Source: Candidatus Hydrogenedentota bacterium
GTDB taxonomy: Bacteria > Hydrogenedentota > Hydrogenedentia > Hydrogenedentales > CAILVY01
Assembly: GCA_903837785.1 (NCBI GenBank)
Contig: CAILVY010000207.1
Span: 802-64,801 of the forward strand
DNA length: 64,000 bases
Direction of reading: 5' to 3'
This document shows, piece by piece, positions 43,223 to 52,666 of the stretch; within the stretch, counting starts at the first letter, position 1; every line of letters begins with the position of its first letter. Below the pieces are notes generated by a model that saw only the letters and a list, made by a program, of their open reading frames with translations, did no database searches and had not been told where the DNA came from. Position numbers and translations under genes: made by a program.

Positions 43223-44818
43223 ATGCGGAACGGCGGGACGACGCGGCATGCGGTGACGGCTGGCCTGGTGGCAGCAGGTGTTCTTCTGACTATCCTCTGC
43301 GCGCATGCGGCGGAGCCGGGCGCCGTGTCTCCCTTTGAAAGCGCGGCGGCGGGGCCTTCCGCGGACCCGATTGACGTGCTCGTGGCGGCCAAGTTGAGCG
43401 AAAAGGGCCTCGCGCCGGCCAATCCGTGTTCCGACGCGGTGTTTGTCCGGCGCGTGTTCCTGGACGTGATCGGCACCCTCCCTGAACCGCAGGAAGTGCG
43501 CGGCTTCCTGGAAGACCCGCTTCCGGACAAGCGCGCCGCGCTCATCGACGATCTGCTGCTCCGGGACGAGTTCGCCGATTATTGGGCGATGAAGTGGTGC
43601 GACCTGCTGCGGGTGAAATCCGAATTCCCGATCAATCTCTGGCCGAACGCGGTGCAGGCCTATCACCACTGGATTCGCGAGAGCATTCGCCAAAACAAGC
43701 CGTACGATCAGTTTGTCCGCGAGCTGCTGACCTCGAGCGGGAGCAATTTCCGCGTGGCGCCGGTCAATTTCTACCGTGCCATCCAGGGCCGCCAGCCGTC
43801 CGCCATCGCCGAGGCCGTGGCCTTGACGCTCATGGGCACGCGGCTCGCCTCGTGGCCGGAAGCGCAGCGCGCGAACCTGGCCGTGTTCTTCTCCCGCATC
43901 GCCTTCAAAGGGACCGCGGAGTGGAAGGAGGAGATCGTCTGTGTGAATCCGGCGCCGGCCGAGGCGCTCGATGCGGTGCTTCCCGACGGCGCCGCGGTGC
44001 ATATCGGCGCGGAGGAAGACCCCCGGGTGAAGTTCGCGGACTGGCTGATCACGCCGGAGAATCCGTGGTTCGCGCGCAACGCCGCCAATCGCGTGTGGTC
44101 CTGGCTGATGGGCCGGGGCATCATCCACGAGCCGGACGATATCCGGCCCGACAATCCCCCCGCGAACCCGGAGCTGTTGGCCCATCTCGAAAAGGAACTC
44201 GCCGCCAGCCGCTATGATCTGCGGCACCTGTACCGCGTGATCCTCAATTCGCGGACGTATCAGCAGTCCTCGATTGCGCGGAGCAGCGGCGAAGACGCCG
44301 AGCGGCTTTTCGCGCACTACCTTGTGCGCCGCCTGGACGCGGAAGTGCTGATTGATGCGTTTGACTGGCTCTCGGGCACGCGCGAGAGTTACTCGAGCCT
44401 GATTCCCGAGCCCTTCACGTTCATTCCCGAGCAGCAGCGCACGATTGCGCTGGCGGACGGCAGCATTTCGAGCGCGTTTCTCGAGATGTTCGGCCGGCCC
44501 GCCCGCGACACCGGCCTCGAATCCGAACGCAACAACCAGCCCACGGACGCGCAGCGCCTGCACCTCCTCAACTCGTCGCAAGTGCAGCGCAAGATCGAGG
44601 CGGGCGGGCGTCTGGCAGCGCTGGCCAAAAACGCGAAGGCCGATCCGCCGGCGGCGGGCCGGGCGTGGTCGCTGAACGTCTTGTCCCGCTATCCGACCGA
44701 GCCGGAAGTCGCGGCCGCGCTGCAGTATGCGCAAAGCGGCAGCGTGACGCCAGGCGAGGCCGTATGCGACGTTGCCTGGGCGCTGATCAACAGCAAGGAA
44801 TTCCTGTACCGGCACTAG
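43223..44818 (+). CDS. DUF1549/DUF1553 domain protein (PVC-typical, no cytochrome domain)
   Basis: A signal peptide is present. The N-terminus is DUF1549-like (DAVFVRRVFLDVIGTLP) and the C-terminus DUF1553-like (LNSRTYQQSS...VAWALINSKEFLYRH). Confidence 0.75.
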   Translation: MRNGGTTRHAVTAGLVAAGVLLTILCAHAAEPGAVSPFESAAAGPSADPIDVLVAAKLSEKGLAPANPCSDAVFVRRVFLDVIGTLPEPQEVRGFLEDPLPDKRAALIDDLLLRDEFADYWAMKWCDLLRVKSEFPINLWPNAVQAYHHWIRESIRQNKPYDQFVRELLTSSGSNFRVAPVNFYRAIQGRQPSAIAEAVALTLMGTRLASWPEAQRANLAVFFSRIAFKGTAEWKEEIVCVNPAPAEALDAVLPDGAAVHIGAEEDPRVKFADWLITPENPWFARNAANRVWSWLMGRGIIHEPDDIRPDNPPANPELLAHLEKELAASRYDLRHLYRVILNSRTYQQSSIARSSGEDAERLFAHYLVRRLDAEVLIDAFDWLSGTRESYSSLIPEPFTFIPEQQRTIALADGSISSAFLEMFGRPARDTGLESERNNQPTDAQRLHLLNSSQVQRKIEAGGRLAALAKNAKADPPAAGRAWSLNVLSRYPTEPEVAAALQYAQSGSVTPGEAVCDVAWALINSKEFLYRH

Positions 44819-44839
44819 CGTGCGCGCGTGCGGAAACCG

Positions 44840-46543
44840 CTATGGCGCCGCCACGTTGTGCCGCATCGCGCTCAACGACAGGAGGAGGTCCATGGCTTCC
44901 TTGTTCATGGGGAATTGTGCCTGAGCGGCGTAGCGCCGGAATTCCACGTGTCCGTCCATGCACAGGATGTTCCCGCCCTCCGGATCGTGATGGGGCGCTT
45001 CAATGAGGACAAGAATCTCGGACTGGAGCTTGGCCGACGCGGCCGGGTTATTCCAGTCCGTGATGAAGAAGCGTTCGACCCCTTCCCTCAGGCGATACAG
45101 CGTGCCGCGCGGAGTCTCGATATCGTTCTCCATGGCGAGGCCCTTGCTCATGTGATCCCGGTACGCCTCCGCGAACATTTCGAGTTCTTCGATGCTGTGC
45201 ACGGCATAGCCCAGATAGAAGTAGCTGCCGTTCTCCAGCAATTGCGGACCGCCGGTCTTCAACAGCGGCGCGTTCATCGTGTCGTCCTGACAAATCAGCG
45301 CGCGTGTGTCGCCCAAATACGTGGGAAACACGGGCTTCATGCCCGGATTCTCATTGGCGAACATCAGGTGTCCGGCGCGCGGATCCAGTGCAGGCCAGTA
45401 ATTCCCGGGCGCGTCATTGGCGAACATCTTGAAGGTCAAACCGAGCTGTTTCAGATCGGTCTGGCAGGCCGTCCGCCGCTGATTCTCCCCGTTGAGTGTG
45501 CGCCGGATATTACCCCAGGTGTAGGCCACGCTATTGCCCACATCGCTCAGGAGGGAAAGACCGCCGCGCGCGAGGTCGGGGGTTGCGTCCCTGATCGGGG
45601 CGGGCTGCCTGTCCTGCGTTGGCCCAGAAGCAGAAATCCGGTTCAGGTCCCGGCGCGTGAGGGTTTCGGGAACCGCGTTTTCCGCCGCTTCCGGACGCTT
45701 CGCGGGTGCTGCGGCCGGCGTCTCGGAGGGGGCGTTCGCGGGGGCGGGCTGCTGTATCCGTTGCGCTTCTACCGCATGGGGTTCCGCCCGGTGCGGTGCG
45801 CGGTTGAACTCCCAGCCCGCGAACAGGAGCACGGCCACGCCGGCCGCCGCGGCCACGAGCGTCTTGGCGCTCCATACGCCTGCCGCGGCTGCGGCGGGCA
45901 AGGTTACATGCCCGGCTCCGCTCAGGGCGAGTTTCCCCAAGTTCGCGAGCACCGCGGACGGCATCGCCACGGCCGAGTCGGCTGTCATAGCGGCCGTCAG
46001 TGCCGCCGCCGTGACGGCGACCCCTTTCCCTTTGAGGGACTTGCGCAGGCATTCGACGCCTCTGTCCACGCGATACGTGACAGTCGAGCGCGGGATGCCC
46101 AGCGTCTGCGCGGCGGCCTCATGGGTCTTGCCGTCGAGGAAACAGGCCACGACCGGGATACGCAGTTTCTCGGGCAGTTCGGCGATGGCTTCATCGACCA
46201 GGCCGCCGACCTCGTCCCAGGGCCGGTCGTGGGTGGCTTGCTGTTCGGAGGCGAAACGAAGTTCGCGGTCCTTGCGGCGATGTTCGGAGCGCAATCGCGC
46301 GATGGAACGGTTGTACGCCACGCGGTGGAGCCACGGCGCCAGGTAGCCGCCGACCGGCTTGCGCGTGGCGGCCAGGATCACGAAGCACTCCTGGGTCACG
46401 TCTTCCGCTTCTGAAGGGTTGTTGAGTATCCGGCAACAGGTCTGATAGACCATTGCGGCATAGCGTCCCGCCAGCACCTTAAAGGCGTCCGCGTCGCGCT
46501 TCCGCAGCCAGTTCTCGAAGAGGTTGGCATCCGTTGGGCTCAT
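44840..46543 (-). CDS. ECF (sigma-70 family) RNA polymerase sigma factor fused through a single TM helix to a C-terminal DUF1559 domain
   Basis: The N-terminal ~190 aa carry sigma region 2 (LAPWLHRVAYNRS) and region 4 (HEAAAQTLGIPRSTVTYRV). A TM helix (VAAAAGVAVLLFAGW) follows. The C-terminal ~230 aa are paralogous to the downstream DUF1559 gene ([13 protein letters not shown]..., TLYRLREGVERFFITDWNNPAASAKLQSEI, GGNILCMDGHVEF). Confidence 0.7.
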   Translation of the reverse strand: MSPTDANLFENWLRKRDADAFKVLAGRYAAMVYQTCCRILNNPSEAEDVTQECFVILAATRKPVGGYLAPWLHRVAYNRSIARLRSEHRRKDRELRFASEQQATHDRPWDEVGGLVDEAIAELPEKLRIPVVACFLDGKTHEAAAQTLGIPRSTVTYRVDRGVECLRKSLKGKGVAVTAAALTAAMTADSAVAMPSAVLANLGKLALSGAGHVTLPAAAAAGVWSAKTLVAAAAGVAVLLFAGWEFNRAPHRAEPHAVEAQRIQQPAPANAPSETPAAAPAKRPEAAENAVPETLTRRDLNRISASGPTQDRQPAPIRDATPDLARGGLSLLSDVGNSVAYTWGNIRRTLNGENQRRTACQTDLKQLGLTFKMFANDAPGNYWPALDPRAGHLMFANENPGMKPVFPTYLGDTRALICQDDTMNAPLLKTGGPQLLENGSYFYLGYAVHSIEELEMFAEAYRDHMSKGLAMENDIETPRGTLYRLREGVERFFITDWNNPAASAKLQSEILVLIEAPHHDPEGGNILCMDGHVEFRRYAAQAQFPMNKEAMDLLLSLSAMRHNVAAP

Positions 46544-46822
46544 GGCACGTTCCTTTGCTCAGATTAGCGCCTCGTTCGCTTCCGTACAAGTAATACCGCT
46601 GACGGGCAATCTGGCCAAAGACGGGTCTGGAATGTCTTGCGCTTAATGAATGCGGTGCTTCCGGGCAAGAGCGGGGGCTTCAAGCGCTGCCTGGATGGAG
46701 GGTACTGACCCGTAACGGGCGGGTCGCGGCCGGCCCGATGGACCATGGAGAGGGCGCAGGGGCATTTCCTGGCTCCTGTATCGCTGCGCCACGGAGGGCA
46801 TCGCCTGTTTGAAATGCACCCG

Positions 46823-47743
46823 CTAGAGGGATTGCACGATCCCGATCAGGGTGGCAAATGCTCTCGTAACAGGATGCGTTGAGGGATACTTCAGGAATGC
46901 GACGTGTCCATCCATGAACAGGATGTTCGACCCTCCGGGAATGTGATTCATCGTGTCGAGCTCGTTCGTGGTCAGGTTGTCGCCCATGATGAAGATCTCA
47001 CTCTGGGCTTTGGCGGTGGCGGCGGGGTTGTTGATGTCCGTGATGAAGAAACGTTCGATGCCTTCCCGGAGCCGGTACAGGATTACGGTCTTGCCCAGGG
47101 ACTCATGGAAGAACTCCTGGTCTTCATCCTCGAGGAGTCCCGCGGCGGCGGGCGACTCCGCCGCTTCCACTTTCGTCATCAGGTCCATGAGTTTGACAAT
47201 GAACGACGGCTCGATGTTGGGGCCGACCGCGTCCATGAGACTGGGTATGTGCGGGTCATTGGGATCGGAGCCGGCAGTAATCAGGTGGTCCTGACTCAGG
47301 GTGACCCACAGATAGAAATAGGAGTGGTCCGAGAAGAGACACGGACAGACCGGATTGGACATCCTGTCCGCATTGGGCGTGCTGCAATGGAACTTGCCCT
47401 CCTCGAGCACCCGGGAGCCATCGGCATCGGAGGGGCAGACCGTGACCTTCTCATCCGTCAAGTATTCCGGGAACACGGACGGGCCGTCGAACGACATGGC
47501 CGTCAGGCCCTTCTGCGTGCAAAGCTCGCCTTGCCGGTAGTTGATGTTGGGGTATTTCTGCCCATTGGATTCGTTGGCATACATCTTGAACGTCAGGCCC
47601 AGTTGCTTGAGATTGTTCTGGCAGCTTGCGCGTCGTGCTGACTCGCGCGCCCGCGCCAGAGCGGGAAGGAGAATGGCGGCAAGAATGCCGATGATGGCGA
47701 TGACGACAAGAAGTTCGATCAGTGTGAAGCCGTTCCGTTTCAT
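46823..47743 (-). CDS. DUF1559 protein with prepilin-type N-terminal cleavage/methylation domain (type II secretion pseudopilin-like)
   Basis: [25 protein letters not shown] is followed by the DUF1559 core ([13 protein letters not shown]...; ...[16 protein letters not shown]...[13 protein letters not shown]). The start was chosen at [11 protein letters not shown] (47743). Confidence 0.8.
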   Translation of the reverse strand: MKRNGFTLIELLVVIAIIGILAAILLPALARARESARRASCQNNLKQLGLTFKMYANESNGQKYPNINYRQGELCTQKGLTAMSFDGPSVFPEYLTDEKVTVCPSDADGSRVLEEGKFHCSTPNADRMSNPVCPCLFSDHSYFYLWVTLSQDHLITAGSDPNDPHIPSLMDAVGPNIEPSFIVKLMDLMTKVEAAESPAAAGLLEDEDQEFFHESLGKTVILYRLREGIERFFITDINNPAATAKAQSEIFIMGDNLTTNELDTMNHIPGGSNILFMDGHVAFLKYPSTHPVTRAFATLIGIVQSL

Positions 47744-48212
47744 TGCAGGTCCCCTCCCTTTGGTCGATGTTGCCCCAGTCCAACGGAAGTTGATTCGCAG
47801 CCGTCCGCCCGAGCCTACCCCCGCGAAATTCAGTCTGCCATGCCGCTCCGAAGGATGCAAGTCATTCCGGCGTGCCCGGCCCGGCCCACAACTCGAAGCG
47901 GAACCGGGCATTCTCCCGCTCCGCCGGAAGCGGATCACGTCTGTCCTTCGCAGACGGGATGAATCGGCGCCCGGGTCTCGCCGGGGAACGTGTTATGTTA
48001 TTGTTGCATGAGCTACGGACGAAGGAGCATGCCGGCCAGCGCATCCTGAGCGCCGGCAGCGTCGATGCCTGCCCGGGTACCGGCCGCGGCGCTGCCGGTA
48101 CCCGCGCGAACACGAACGCACGGAGTCTCTGAAGGAGATTGGCCCGCACGTTGAGAATGCCTGAGGTCTGCGTTCAAACTCATTGCACGTATGCGCACCG
48201 GAAGGACAAAAC

Positions 48213-49415
48213 ATGACACATCACATTTCACGCCGGGGGTTCATGGCAAGTGCGGCGGCAGGCGCCGGACTCTTGGGCATGGCCGGCGCCGCCCCTGCGG
48301 CGGACAAGGCGCCGATTCAGGGCTTTGACGACACGGGTGGCGGCGCGCCCAAGGGCAAGCCCTGGACCCCCGTCTCCGAACGCAGGATCCGCGTGGGGAT
48401 CGCCGGCTATGGGCTGTGCAAGTTCGGCGCCGCCTTCGGGTTTCAGGATCATCCCAATGTGGAGGTGGCCGCGGTCTCGGACCTCATTCCGGAACGCTGC
48501 CAGGAATTGGCGCGCGCATGCCGCTGCAACACGACGTATCCCTCGCTCGAAGAACTCGTGAAGGATCCGAAGATAGAAGCGGTCTTCATCGCGACGGACG
48601 CCCCCAGCCATTGCCGCCTCGCCATCGATGCGCTCCAGCACGGGAAACATGTCGCCTCGGCGGTGCCCGCGGTCTGGGGTTCCCTGGAGGATGCCGACCG
48701 GCTGTTCGCGGCGGTGAAGGCGTCCGGCTTGAACTACATGATGTTTGAGACGAGCGCATTCCACGAAGATTGTTACGCGATGCGGACGATATTTCAGGCC
48801 GGCGGCTTCGGCAAGTTGGTCTACACGGAAGGCGAGTACTACCACTATCTTCCGGCCCCGCTCGATTCATACAAGGGTTGGCGAATGGGCTCGCCGCCCC
48901 AGTGGTACCCCACGCACTCAAACGCCTACTACGTCTGCGTTACCGGCGGCAGCTTCACGGAAGTGTCCTGTCTCGGCATGCCAAGCCATCTCGAGTATCT
49001 GCATCCGGAGCAGAACCCGTACAAGAATCCTTTCGGCACGGAAATCGCCCTGCTCCGCACGGGCGAAGGCGGCATGGCCCGCATGCTCGTCAGCAAAGAC
49101 ACGCCCGGACATGGCGGCGAAACGGGACGCGTGCGGGGGCAGAAAGGCTCGATGCTGGGCATGAAATTCGACGGCACGTCCGACATTGCCGCGCTCGACT
49201 TGGCGCGGACGCAGCTCCCGCCGAACGTCGCGCCCGGGGGACATGGCGGCAGCCACGGCCATCTCTGCGACGAATTTGTAACCTCGATCCTGAAAGAACG
49301 AACGCCGCTCGTGAACATTGCCTGGGCGCTCAACATGACCGCCGCCGGCATCGTCGCGCATCAGTCCGCGTTAAACGGCGGAGAATGGCGCAAGATCCCG
49401 CAATACGCGATGTGA
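48213..49415 (+). CDS. Gfo/Idh/MocA-family NAD(P)-dependent oxidoreductase with Tat signal
   Basis: A twin-arginine signal (HISRRGFMASAAAGAGLL) precedes the Rossmann motif GIAGYGL and a GFO_IDH_MocA C-terminal domain. Confidence 0.8.
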   Translation: MTHHISRRGFMASAAAGAGLLGMAGAAPAADKAPIQGFDDTGGGAPKGKPWTPVSERRIRVGIAGYGLCKFGAAFGFQDHPNVEVAAVSDLIPERCQELARACRCNTTYPSLEELVKDPKIEAVFIATDAPSHCRLAIDALQHGKHVASAVPAVWGSLEDADRLFAAVKASGLNYMMFETSAFHEDCYAMRTIFQAGGFGKLVYTEGEYYHYLPAPLDSYKGWRMGSPPQWYPTHSNAYYVCVTGGSFTEVSCLGMPSHLEYLHPEQNPYKNPFGTEIALLRTGEGGMARMLVSKDTPGHGGETGRVRGQKGSMLGMKFDGTSDIAALDLARTQLPPNVAPGGHGGSHGHLCDEFVTSILKERTPLVNIAWALNMTAAGIVAHQSALNGGEWRKIPQYAM

Positions 49416-49532
49416 TGGACATTCCCATCCGCCTTGTCGCGCGGATCGTGGACGTGCTTCAATGTGCTTCCCGGCCTCGGGCGGCCTGGGATTCAGAAAT
49501 GTCCGGTGACGACAACGGGAGGGCAGACAAAC

Positions 49533-51800
49533 ATGGCGCGTAGCGTGCAGGCGGGAATCATTCAGTCGGACGGCGCTTCAGCGCACGGCACCGCCCTGTT
49601 CCCAGCCTTGGCCTGTTTGCTCCGGAAAACGTCTGGGGCGCTGGCCTTGTTGCTCGGGCTGGCCGCGCACGGCTGGACGGAAGCGGACGCCACGTATACA
49701 GTCGATCCCGTGACGCGCTATATCCATGTCACGTATTCCGTGCCGAAGGAAGCGCCGGACGCGGTGGCCATCCAATGCGAGTGGTCGCCCGCGGACAAGA
49801 ACGAATGGCATCCCGCCCGGGTGATGCCCTTGCTCTCGGAAACGGCGATGAACCTGCTCCCGAAAGAGATGTGGGACCAGGGCCGCAAAGGCCGCATCGT
49901 GGAGCGGCGCGCCGCAGGACTGACGCGTACCGCGGTCTTCAATCCATATCCCGACGCGGAGACGGGCGGCGCCGTCGAGGTGGATTTCCGCATCGCGATT
50001 GAGGCGCCGGACGGCGCCGTGCTGACCACGCGGCAAATCCGGCTCCACGCGGACCGGAAGGACATCGCATACATCGAGGACTGGTCGAACGTGCTTCAGC
50101 AGGACGCGCTCGGCACGCTGAAATACGATCGCGCCTGGACGTATCGCACGGGCCTCGGGGAATCGGAAGAGGTTACGTTCGGCAATGACCTCTATGGCAC
50201 CTCGCCGGGTGATCTTGCCTTGCCGCCGCTGTCCTATCCCCTGGACTTGCATGGGACCTACGCCATCTTCGTGTGCACCTCAGCGGCCAAAGGCGGGATG
50301 CGCCTGCGCCTGAGCGGCGACGAGCGGACGAACATGCTGGCCTCGCGTTTTCCCGGCCAGGAGATCCTCTGGCGCTGGGCGGCGATGGATCGGCAGCATC
50401 TCGTGCTCAAGCAGCCGCACGGCTACAAGGGCTGCTCTCCCGCGCATATCGACTACGTGAAGTTCGTGCCGCTCTCGCCCGAGACCGCGAAACAACTTGA
50501 CGACGCCTTCGGCGTGCCGGACCGCTTCATCGCGGGGTATTGGGAGCCCTATTCCTGGGCGTTCTACGACGACGTTCAGAACAGCCTGCAGCACCGCGAG
50601 CAGATCACGGCCTTCCGCGAGGCGCGGTTCAGCCTGCTCGATACGCAGATCGGGCGCTTCGGAATGAAAGTCGTCTACGAGTCCCGGAAGACCGATCCGC
50701 TTTATTATCGGACGATAGGCGACCCGGAACCGGGCGACAACAGTCCGCTCACGGATAACGTGGGCAAGATGCAGCAGTTCACGAACACGCTCGATGCCAC
50801 GATTCGCTACGCGCGTGAACTCGGCCTGCAGCCGCACGCCAATTTCGGCGCAAGCAACTGCTATCCCGGCAGCCCGCTCCAGGGCGACTTCTCGAAGGCG
50901 CATCCGGACTGGATGCGCGGATCGGCCCTGCGCTTCGAGGTGCCGGAGGTGCGCAACTATGCCCTGACACTGTACCGCGAGTCGCTCGAGATCGGGGCCC
51001 CGGGCATCTCGATCGATTTCTGCCGCTATCCCGAAACCGTCGATAGCGTCGAGACGGGCAATACGTTCATGCAGGCCATGAGCGCGCTCGCGGGGGAATT
51101 CGCGCAACAGCGCGGCCAGGCCGTGCCCGTGCTCGTGCGCTTTCCGGGCACCGGCGTGCGCCGCGCGGAATTCTTCGATTACAGCACGTGGGCGCGCGAG
51201 GGCTGGGTGGACTATCTTTGCCCCAGCAACATCCAGGGTTGGCCGCTGTACATCGACATCGCGCCGTACCTCGCCGCAGTCCAAGGCACGGCCTGCAAGC
51301 TGCTGCCCGAGATCGACGCCCTCGGGTGGGGGCTGCCCCTGCCGGGCCCATTCCTGTGGTGGGCCAATCGCCTCTATGACCTCGGCGTGCCCGGCCTTTA
51401 TATCTATCAGGCGGACGGGCGCGTGCTGGGGACGCCGGGCGATCGCCGCTGCATGCGGCTCCTTGCGAGCCGCGAGGGCGTGCGCCGCTGGTGGGAGGAG
51501 GATGCGCGGCTGCGCTCCGCCAGGAGCAAGGGCATCTATCTCTCCCGGCCCGAGCATCCCGACGGCGCCTATCACAGTTACGAGCGCGTCCGCGTCTGGC
51601 TGGAAGGCCTCCCGATGGCCGAAGTCGAGATGTTCGTGGATGGCAAACTCATCACCCAGGCTCCGGGGCCGCCCTATACCCTTGGCACGGAGGAGGCCTC
51701 GGCCGACAAGCTGCTTTCCGCGGGGGAACACGTCCTGCACATCCGCGCCCGCGACGGCGACGGGTGGCTTGAACAGGACTTTGCCATCCGGGGGGGCTGA
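49533..51800 (+). CDS. Large secreted hypothetical protein (possible glycoside-hydrolase-like TIM barrel plus C-terminal beta-sandwich)
   Basis: A hydrophobic signal-like segment follows MARSV. No motif I can assign with confidence. The start is uncertain; an in-frame ATG also lies at 49434. Confidence 0.45.
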   Translation: MARSVQAGIIQSDGASAHGTALFPALACLLRKTSGALALLLGLAAHGWTEADATYTVDPVTRYIHVTYSVPKEAPDAVAIQCEWSPADKNEWHPARVMPLLSETAMNLLPKEMWDQGRKGRIVERRAAGLTRTAVFNPYPDAETGGAVEVDFRIAIEAPDGAVLTTRQIRLHADRKDIAYIEDWSNVLQQDALGTLKYDRAWTYRTGLGESEEVTFGNDLYGTSPGDLALPPLSYPLDLHGTYAIFVCTSAAKGGMRLRLSGDERTNMLASRFPGQEILWRWAAMDRQHLVLKQPHGYKGCSPAHIDYVKFVPLSPETAKQLDDAFGVPDRFIAGYWEPYSWAFYDDVQNSLQHREQITAFREARFSLLDTQIGRFGMKVVYESRKTDPLYYRTIGDPEPGDNSPLTDNVGKMQQFTNTLDATIRYARELGLQPHANFGASNCYPGSPLQGDFSKAHPDWMRGSALRFEVPEVRNYALTLYRESLEIGAPGISIDFCRYPETVDSVETGNTFMQAMSALAGEFAQQRGQAVPVLVRFPGTGVRRAEFFDYSTWAREGWVDYLCPSNIQGWPLYIDIAPYLAAVQGTACKLLPEIDALGWGLPLPGPFLWWANRLYDLGVPGLYIYQADGRVLGTPGDRRCMRLLASREGVRRWWEEDARLRSARSKGIYLSRPEHPDGAYHSYERVRVWLEGLPMAEVEMFVDGKLITQAPGPPYTLGTEEASADKLLSAGEHVLHIRARDGDGWLEQDFAIRGG

Positions 51801-51853
51801 CGGCGGCGAACGGCTCTGTTCCGGCGCCTTTGGCCGGGAAGCTCGGGTGTCGC

Positions 51854-51870
51854 GGTCCCCGAAGTGACAA
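51854..51870. promoter_or_regulatory. Palindrome GTGACA-N5-TGTCAC, candidate upstream activator sequence (bEBP site) ~130 bp upstream of the sigma-54 promoter
   Basis: Perfect 6-bp inverted repeat with a 5-bp spacer. A second TGTCA half-site lies ~30 bp downstream. Confidence 0.3.
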
Positions 51871-51986
51871 GAAATGTCACCAGGAGCCGTGATTCGGGGA
51901 CGAGAATTGTCATTTGGGGCCGGAGTGAGCGCTTTGGCCGGCCCATAACCCGTGATTTCCCCTGAAAAATGGGGGATTTGGCATCT

Positions 51987-52002
51987 TGGCACGGCGGTTG
52001 CT
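51987..52002 (+). promoter_or_regulatory. Sigma-54 (RpoN) -24/-12 promoter TGGCACG-N4-TTGCT driving the pilin gene
   Basis: Reads cTTGGCACGGCGGTTGCTc, an exact match to the RpoN consensus YTGGCACG-N4-TTGCW. Sits ~90 nt upstream of ATG 52094. Confidence 0.55.
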
Positions 52003-52093
52003 CAAATGCTACCTGAAAGTTGAGAACACGCTGGCGGGCCGGGATTTCCCCGGAGCGCGCCAAACCACCACACCAACCTGGGAGGATAGGGTT

Positions 52094-52549
52094 ATGAAGA
52101 AATCAGGGTTCACATTGATTGAGTTGATGATTGTCGTGGCCATTATCGCAATCATCGCGGCTATCGCCATCCCGAACCTGCTCCGTTCCCGGATGCAGTC
52201 CAATGAATCGGCGGCCATCGGCAACCTGCGGACGATCTGCGGCGCGGAAGTCGCCTATCACTCGGCCAACTATCAGTATGCGGCCACCTTTGACGCGTTG
52301 ACCACGCCGCCGGCGGCGGGCGCTCCGGCCTATCTCGATGGCGCGTGGAACGTCACGAAGAGCGGCTACACGTACACGCTGGGTGCGGGCGCGGGCGCGG
52401 CCGGTTCGAGCTTCGCGGCCAACGCGGATCCCGAAGTGATGAACACGACGGGCAGCAAGGGCTTCTTCGTGGATGCGAGCGGCGTCATCCGCTATGCGGT
52501 AGGCGCGGCTGCCGATGCGAACAGCGCCCCGATCGGACAGACGAGCTGA
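52094..52549 (+). CDS. Type IV pilin / pseudopilin (prepilin-type N-terminal methylation domain)
   Basis: MKKSGFTLIELMIVVAIIAIIAAIAIPNL has the G-1/F+1/E+5 prepilin signature. A GGAGGA RBS lies upstream. Length is 151 aa. Confidence 0.8.
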   Translation: MKKSGFTLIELMIVVAIIAIIAAIAIPNLLRSRMQSNESAAIGNLRTICGAEVAYHSANYQYAATFDALTTPPAAGAPAYLDGAWNVTKSGYTYTLGAGAGAAGSSFAANADPEVMNTTGSKGFFVDASGVIRYAVGAAADANSAPIGQTS

Positions 52550-52666
52550 ACATAGCCTAGGCCAGTGGGCAAGACTGGCGTAGATTCCGGCGGCGAGGCC
52601 AAAAGCCTCGCCGCCGCGCTTTTGTTCCGGCTTCTGCTATAGTCCCGGGAGAACGGAGGATCCATT

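Noticed and set aside
44828-46414. 528-aa plus-strand ORF antisense to the ECF-DUF1559 fusion gene
   Set aside because: The minus-strand product has clear sigma-70 region 2/4 and DUF1559 blocks. The plus frame is low-complexity.
50280-51992. 570-aa minus-strand ORF antisense to the large hypothetical gene and extending over the sigma-54 promoter region
   Set aside because: No motifs, Arg/Ala-rich. It runs through the pilin promoter and intergenic region, which is atypical for a real gene.
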